Below are positions 58,970-64,000 of a stretch of DNA of 64,000 bases, in pieces. This DNA is from Candidatus Krumholzibacteriota bacterium (GTDB taxonomy: Bacteria > Krumholzibacteriota > Krumholzibacteriia > JAJRXK01). How positions within the stretch are numbered: the stretch's first letter is position 1; every line of letters starts with the position of its first letter. The stretch spans positions 1 to 64,000 of the forward strand of contig CAWDWO010000011.1 in the NCBI GenBank assembly GCA_963806035.1, given 5' to 3'. The notes under the pieces were generated by a model. It searched no databases, was not told the origin of the DNA, and saw nothing but the letters and a program-made list of their open reading frames with translations. Both the position numbers and the translations under genes were made by a program.

Positions 58970-61483
58970 TCACGCCTTGGCTCCACCCCCGCTTTTGGAG
59001 GGAAAGCGCGAGGAGGAAGCTCTGAATGCTCGCAGCAGCAATGCGAGTGCAGCCAGAACGAGGATTGCCAGGGCGATACGGTGCAAAAGCCGTCCGGTGC
59101 GAAATGCCTCATCGTGGTAGAGAAACTCGATTCGATGATTTCCTGGCGCTAGCGCGAGCGCCCTGAGGGCATAGTCGGCGCGGATGATGGTGGCGGGCTT
59201 CCCGTCGATTCTCGCCTCCCAATCCGGATAGTAGACGTCAGCGAAGACCGCGAGCGACGGACGATCGCACTGCGCCTCGAACACGATGCGCTGCGGATGT
59301 TCTTCGAGGCGCCGCACCTGGCCGCTGGCGCCGGCTTCGGGCGCCGGACTGGGGAGCTGGGAGAGGATTACTTCCTGGGCCGGGTCGAAGTTCGCTGCGA
59401 GCACACGATCGAGCACCGTGGTATCGGGCTCAGAGTGGCTCGTGTTCATCCCCGCGCGTTCCAACTGGAAACGATCCACGATCCAAGCGCGCGCCCCCGC
59501 GCTGTCGTTGCGGTACACGACTCCGCCATCGCCCTGGTACATCTGCACCAGCGAGAGTCCCTGCTGCGCCAGGCCCCGCACCGTCGGCTCCGGCAGGGCG
59601 TTGGGAACGTGGACCCACCCCGCGGCCAGGAGATCGACCAGCTTCAGGGACGGCAGTCCCTTCGGTGGATACAGGTGCTCCCGGATCTCCTCGTAGGTTC
59701 TGAGCTTGGCCGCATGGTAGCCGGCCAGGCTCACGATGCCCTGCGCAGCGTAGATGTTCTCCATCTGATATCCGCCCAGAGGCCAGACCCTGGGAAAGGA
59801 ACCCTGTTTCTTGAGAAAATCCAGGGCGCCGTTGCTCGCGACGTAGGAGTGCACGAAGCTCTGGTCGCGAATCATGGCCGGAGAATCGACCACCTCAGCG
59901 CGCCCCTGTTCGTCACGGTCCACCTGTTTCAGATAGCGCTCCGGATGCACGATGGGTCGAGACACTCCGTAGAGGTCCGCGAAAACCAGGAATCCCAGCA
60001 GGGCGGCCAGGAGTGGTCTGGAGATCCTGCCGCGAATGTACGCGACCGCTGCGGCCAAGGAGAGCAGCAGAATCGCGCCGAGCCTCAGGGCATCACCTCG
60101 CGCCAGCTTCGCCGCGGCATCCAAGGCAGCGACGGGAACCCGGGCGCGCAGGGAAAGCCAGTGATTGATCGACTGTTCGCGCAGGTAATCGAAGCCGAAG
60201 CTACCCAGGATCAGGAGCACGATGGCGAGAACCAAGAGCGGCAGAGCGACCGCAGCGGTGAGCCAGGCAGGGCGATGTTCCTTCTTGAGGTGCGAGAGGA
60301 GTTCGTCGATTCCCGCAGCCGCCAGCAAAATCAGGGAGAACTCCTGCAAAATCAGAATCATCACCGGAACGCGAAATTTCTTGAAGGCGGGTAGCAGTTC
60401 GTAAAGTACACGATAGAGAAAGCCGTGGTTGCCCATCGCCACCAGAGTCGAGAAGACGGCGAGCGCCGCCAGCATCCAGGTCCAGCGATCACGGCGGAAG
60501 ACCAGCGCCAAAAGCGCCAAGATCAAGACTGGCAATCCCACGTAGTTCGGATAATCGGTGAACGGCATGCTCCCCACGTAGGAGAGCTTGCCGTAGCCCA
60601 CCGCGGTGGGCCACCAGAAGGTGGGAATTCCACTCGCACCCAAGCTCCAGCTGGTAGCGTAGGCGAAGCTCACGCCGCCACCGGTGCTCGCCGCGCCACG
60701 GATGCTGTGCGCCTGGTAACTCAGTACCGGCAGATAGAGTTCGGTGGCCAGAAGAAGCGCCAGCACGCAGGCTGCAAGGATCCAAGCACTGCGCAGAGCG
60801 AGCCGCCGGCGTCCCTGCTCCTCTTTCCACAGCGGAATACCGAAGGCGCAGAACCAGAAGACCCCGGCCATCGCCGTGTAGTAGGTCATCTGAACGTGGG
60901 CGCGCAGAAGCAGCACTCCGAGAAAAGCGGCCAGGGCCACCGCCCACTTGGCCTGCCCACGCCGCAGCAACCCTTCGAGCATCCAGAGAATCCAGGGCAA
61001 CCAGGCGATACTGAGCACCTTGGTGCCATGCCCATAAACACACCAGGCGACCAGTTTGGGAAAGGCCATGACCGCCGCGCCGGCGAAGACCGAGGCCGCC
61101 CATGACTGTCCTCGCCAACGCAGGTAAGCACAGGTCCCCAGACCCAAAATGAGAAGGTGCAACAGGAGCCAGGTCATCGGGGGCAGGTGGAACAAGTGCT
61201 TGAGCTCGTCGATGGGTCGTTCCAGCGGATAGACACCCGGGGTATAAGCAAGGCTCGCGTAGGAGGGCATCCCGAGAAATACATAGGGATTCCAGAGTGG
61301 ATACACTCCCTCGTCCAGCATCCGATCCCCCACGATCTTGAATGCTTGAACCGCTCGCGCATCACTACTCGCGTAGATCTTGCCCGCGTACTGTTCGGGA
61401 TGCAGGACCGCGCTTGCCGACAGCAAGACGAGGAAAGCCAAGAGCCAGATTCCGAATGTGGCTTTGCGAGTGCTCATACTCAT
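58970..61483 (-). CDS. YfhO-family membrane protein (GT-C-like)
   Basis: PLWNPYVFLGMP, FKKFRVP, many TM helices, YYPDWEARIDG...ADYALRAL...GNHRIEF. Confidence 0.85.
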   Translation of the reverse strand: MSMSTRKATFGIWLLAFLVLLSASAVLHPEQYAGKIYASSDARAVQAFKIVGDRMLDEGVYPLWNPYVFLGMPSYASLAYTPGVYPLERPIDELKHLFHLPPMTWLLLHLLILGLGTCAYLRWRGQSWAASVFAGAAVMAFPKLVAWCVYGHGTKVLSIAWLPWILWMLEGLLRRGQAKWAVALAAFLGVLLLRAHVQMTYYTAMAGVFWFCAFGIPLWKEEQGRRRLALRSAWILAACVLALLLATELYLPVLSYQAHSIRGAASTGGGVSFAYATSWSLGASGIPTFWWPTAVGYGKLSYVGSMPFTDYPNYVGLPVLILALLALVFRRDRWTWMLAALAVFSTLVAMGNHGFLYRVLYELLPAFKKFRVPVMILILQEFSLILLAAAGIDELLSHLKKEHRPAWLTAAVALPLLVLAIVLLILGSFGFDYLREQSINHWLSLRARVPVAALDAAAKLARGDALRLGAILLLSLAAAVAYIRGRISRPLLAALLGFLVFADLYGVSRPIVHPERYLKQVDRDEQGRAEVVDSPAMIRDQSFVHSYVASNGALDFLKKQGSFPRVWPLGGYQMENIYAAQGIVSLAGYHAAKLRTYEEIREHLYPPKGLPSLKLVDLLAAGWVHVPNALPEPTVRGLAQQGLSLVQMYQGDGGVVYRNDSAGARAWIVDRFQLERAGMNTSHSEPDTTVLDRVLAANFDPAQEVILSQLPSPAPEAGASGQVRRLEEHPQRIVFEAQCDRPSLAVFADVYYPDWEARIDGKPATIIRADYALRALALAPGNHRIEFLYHDEAFRTGRLLHRIALAILVLAALALLLRAFRASSSRFPSKSGGGAKA

Positions 61484-62409
61484 CCCTTCGGTAGAGCGTT
61501 TCCCACTTGGAAACTGCGGCGTCTGAAAATCGCATCGACCCAGGCCCGCACGATCGCCACAGCCGCGCGAAAATGGGCCCCCAGGACCAAGTATGCGATC
61601 GCGGCAAGATCATGGAGCGCGAGCCCGCAGTAGGCCGTGAGACGGCCCGGTCCCGCATTGTGGCGTGTGAAGAGGCGCAAGGCGGCTCGGCTCTTGTGGT
61701 AGCTCTTGAACGCCGAGCTCGTCCCACCCACTGAAGCACTCACCTTGTGCAGAACCAGCGCGCGCGGTTCGTAGCGGATTTTCACTCCCAAGTCGGCGGC
61801 GCGGAGACAGAAGTCGACGTCCTCCGCGTAGATGTAGTAGCCCTCGTCGAGCCCTCCGAGGGAATCCCAGACCTCCCTGCGCACCGCCAACGCGCATCCA
61901 CTCACCCAGCCGGTCTCTCCGCCAGGATCTTTCCCCTCGTCCACCTCGCGTCGAATGGCGCGGTGGGAAACGACACCGAGGGAGCGCACGATCTTTCCCC
62001 CTCCATACCAGATGCGCTCGGGCCGGTCATAGTAGCAGATTCGGGGACCGGCCACCCCGAGTTCAGCATCTTCTTGGAAGGATCGCCCCAGCCACTGCAG
62101 AAAATCGGGGGCGACGGTGGTGTCGTTGTTGAGGAGAAGCAACACCTCGGCTCCAAGTTCCAGCGCGCGGGCGGCTCCCGCGTTGTTGCCTCCGGAGAAG
62201 CGGCGATTCTCCCCGAGGGCAAGAAGCTCGGTCTCGGGATATTCGCGCCGCATCCACTCCACGCTGGCGTCGCGGGATCCGTTGTCTACGACGACTACGA
62301 AAAAATCGGGATACTGTGAGGCGTAGAGCGAGGGGAGCAGTTCCCGCAGATGGTCGAGACCGTTCCAATTCAGAACGACCACTCCGATACGGGGTGGATT
62401 CGAAGCCAC
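61480..62409 (-). CDS. GT2 family glycosyltransferase
   Basis: VLNWN, VDNGS, FSGGNN, LLNND, YAEDVDFC. Confidence 0.9.
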   Translation of the reverse strand: MASNPPRIGVVVLNWNGLDHLRELLPSLYASQYPDFFVVVVDNGSRDASVEWMRREYPETELLALGENRRFSGGNNAGAARALELGAEVLLLLNNDTTVAPDFLQWLGRSFQEDAELGVAGPRICYYDRPERIWYGGGKIVRSLGVVSHRAIRREVDEGKDPGGETGWVSGCALAVRREVWDSLGGLDEGYYIYAEDVDFCLRAADLGVKIRYEPRALVLHKVSASVGGTSSAFKSYHKSRAALRLFTRHNAGPGRLTAYCGLALHDLAAIAYLVLGAHFRAAVAIVRAWVDAIFRRRSFQVGNALPKG

Positions 62410-62412
62410 GGC

Positions 62413-63429
62413 TCAACCCTCGGAGCGAATCTGATAGCTCTCGCTCTCGTCGCGGGATGAAACCAAGAGTTCAGCCAAGAGACCCAGGCTGAAAAACTGC
62501 ATTGAGACGAGAATGAAGGCGATCCCCAAGAGCATGAGGGGACGCAGATGAAGCCCCGCGCCCATGATCCAGCTGATCAGGAAATACCCGCAGATGAGGA
62601 ACCCGCCCGCACCGAACAGCAGTCCAACCCTGCCGAAGAAGTGCAGAGGAGAGGTTCTCCTGCGGCTCAGAAAGAGCACCGTGAGCAGATCGAAGACTCC
62701 GTTGAGGAATCGCTCGCGGCCGAACTTGGTGACTCCGTGCTTGCGCGCGTGATGCCGGACCGGAATTTCCGCCACCAGAAAACCCTGGATGTGGGCCATC
62801 ACCGGCAGGTAGCGATGAAGTTCGCCGTAGACCCTGAGCGAACGAGTGACCTGGCAGCGGTAGGCCTTGAAGCCGCAGTTGAAGTCGTGGAGCTTGAGCC
62901 CACTCACCATCGAGGTCACGAAATTGAAGAGCTTCGAGGTCGAGGTCTTCACGAAGGGATCCTTGCGATCCTGCTTCCAACCGCTCACCAGATCGTAGCC
63001 CTCGGCCAATGCGGCCAAGAGGCGCGGAATCTCCTGCGGATCGTCCTGCAGGTCCGCATCCATGGTGATCACGATCGATCCTCGGGAACGCTTGAAACCC
63101 ACCGAGAGAGCGGCTGACTTTCCGTAGTTGCGCCGGAAGGACACGTGGTGCAGCTGGGGAACCTCACTGGCCATTCCGCTCAGAATCTGCAGCGTTTGGT
63201 CCACGCTTCCATCATCCATCACCAGGATTTCCCAGGAGGAAGTGATCGGGGCCACGATCGCCGCCACCTGCTCGATGAGCGTGGGCAGACTTTCCGCTTC
63301 GTCGTAGGCCGGGATGAGAATCGTCAGATCGAGTTCGCCCGATCCCGCCAGGGCTCGTCGAGCGGCCTCCAGGATGGCATCGTTGTCCTGAGTCTGGGTC
63401 ACGCCTACTTCAACCCGGGGTTGGCTCAT
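62413..63429 (-). CDS. GT2 polyprenyl-phosphate glycosyltransferase (ArnC/GtrB-like)
   Basis: IPAYDE, DDGS, RRNYGKSAA, MDADLQDDP, HDFNCGFK, ELHRYLP; two C-terminal TM helices. Confidence 0.88.
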   Translation of the reverse strand: MSQPRVEVGVTQTQDNDAILEAARRALAGSGELDLTILIPAYDEAESLPTLIEQVAAIVAPITSSWEILVMDDGSVDQTLQILSGMASEVPQLHHVSFRRNYGKSAALSVGFKRSRGSIVITMDADLQDDPQEIPRLLAALAEGYDLVSGWKQDRKDPFVKTSTSKLFNFVTSMVSGLKLHDFNCGFKAYRCQVTRSLRVYGELHRYLPVMAHIQGFLVAEIPVRHHARKHGVTKFGRERFLNGVFDLLTVLFLSRRRTSPLHFFGRVGLLFGAGGFLICGYFLISWIMGAGLHLRPLMLLGIAFILVSMQFFSLGLLAELLVSSRDESESYQIRSEG

Positions 63430-64000
63430 GACTTCACCCTCTGTGCGTACCAGCCCACCATCCGCTCGAGTCCCTCTTCCAACGGAATCCGGGCCGAGAA
63501 CTTCAGTTGGTCCCGCGCTCTGACGCCATCCGCGCCGGTGTGGCGAACATCCCCCTTGACCGGCGCCGCGTGTTCGATCTTCACCCTATCCGATATGCCG
63601 TGTTCTTGCACCTTCTCCGCGAGGATCTCCAGGACGGACAGAAGGTCCTGACGGGTCCCTCCTCCGATGTTGTAGGCGGCATAAGGTCTCTCCTCCGCGC
63701 CCGCCAGCAGATTGGCTCGCACCACGTCCTCCACGTAGGTGAAATCCCGGCTCTGTTGCCCGTCTCCGTAGATCACCCATGGCTCGCCTCTCTCGCTGGC
63801 CTGCAAGAACTTACGGAAGGCCATGTCGGGACGTTGCCGCGGACCGTAGACCGTGAAATAACGCAGCGAGGAACAGGGCAGTCCGTAGTTCGTCGCGTAG
63901 AGTTCACAGAGGTTTTCGGCAGCCAGCTTCGTGACTCCATAGGGACTGAAGGGGTGCTTGTCCACGTTCTCCTTGACCGGGTAGTGCTCCTGATTTCCGT
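63426..64000 (-). CDS. NAD-dependent nucleotide-sugar epimerase (5' part outside window)
   Basis: SPYGVTK (YxxxK), RYFTVYGPRQRPDMAF, GDGQQSRDFTYV. Confidence 0.9.
   Translation of the reverse strand, partial: GNQEHYPVKENVDKHPFSPYGVTKLAAENLCELYATNYGLPCSSLRYFTVYGPRQRPDMAFRKFLQASERGEPWVIYGDGQQSRDFTYVEDVVRANLLAGAEERPYAAYNIGGGTRQDLLSVLEILAEKVQEHGISDRVKIEHAAPVKGDVRHTGADGVRARDQLKFSARIPLEEGLERMVGWYAQRVKS

Noticed and set aside
58816..59112. 98-aa minus-strand ORF bridging the YfhO-like and DPM1-like genes
   Set aside because: Half overlaps the YfhO-like gene in another frame and has no recognisable features; the gap is better explained by RNA structure.

Overview
High-GC, gene-dense bacterial chromosome segment. 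Almost every gene is on the minus strand; only two real genes are on +. Gene content (T9SS/FlgD-like C-terminal domain, MglA GTPase, sigma-54 regulation, OM beta-barrels) suggests a diderm FCB-related candidate lineage, which is inference only. In order: (1) M16, M28-PDZ and M1 peptidases, with apparent single-base frameshifts; (2) a putative sigma-54-driven export operon (MMPL/RND fused to a LolA-like domain, OM beta-barrel, DUF2892-like protein) next to a PAS-AAA+-Fis activator and a repeat-rich enhancer-like region; (3) an SPFH/YdjI-like gene plus three zinc-ribbon genes behind a sigma-54-like promoter; (4) lipoprotein, moeA, uppP, orphan trpA, TPR protein; (5) a compact module of a long-tailed MglA GTPase, a divergent unknown gene and a zinc-finger protein with a RomX-like C-terminal domain, each preceded by a sigma-54 -24/-12 motif (best candidate for an undescribed system); (6) recG, TPR-parvulin, radical SAM, OM protein, TPR; (7) dcw cluster mraZ to ftsZ with a STAS-like gene between mraZ and rsmH and no murB/ddl; (8) a surface-glycosylation cluster with GT2 and GT-C enzymes, a GT2 fused to a degenerate phosphoglycosyltransferase, a PorZ-like protein and a structured intergenic element. 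No rRNA, tRNA, CRISPR array or mobile element was recognised. All family calls come from motif recognition by eye; no database search was run.
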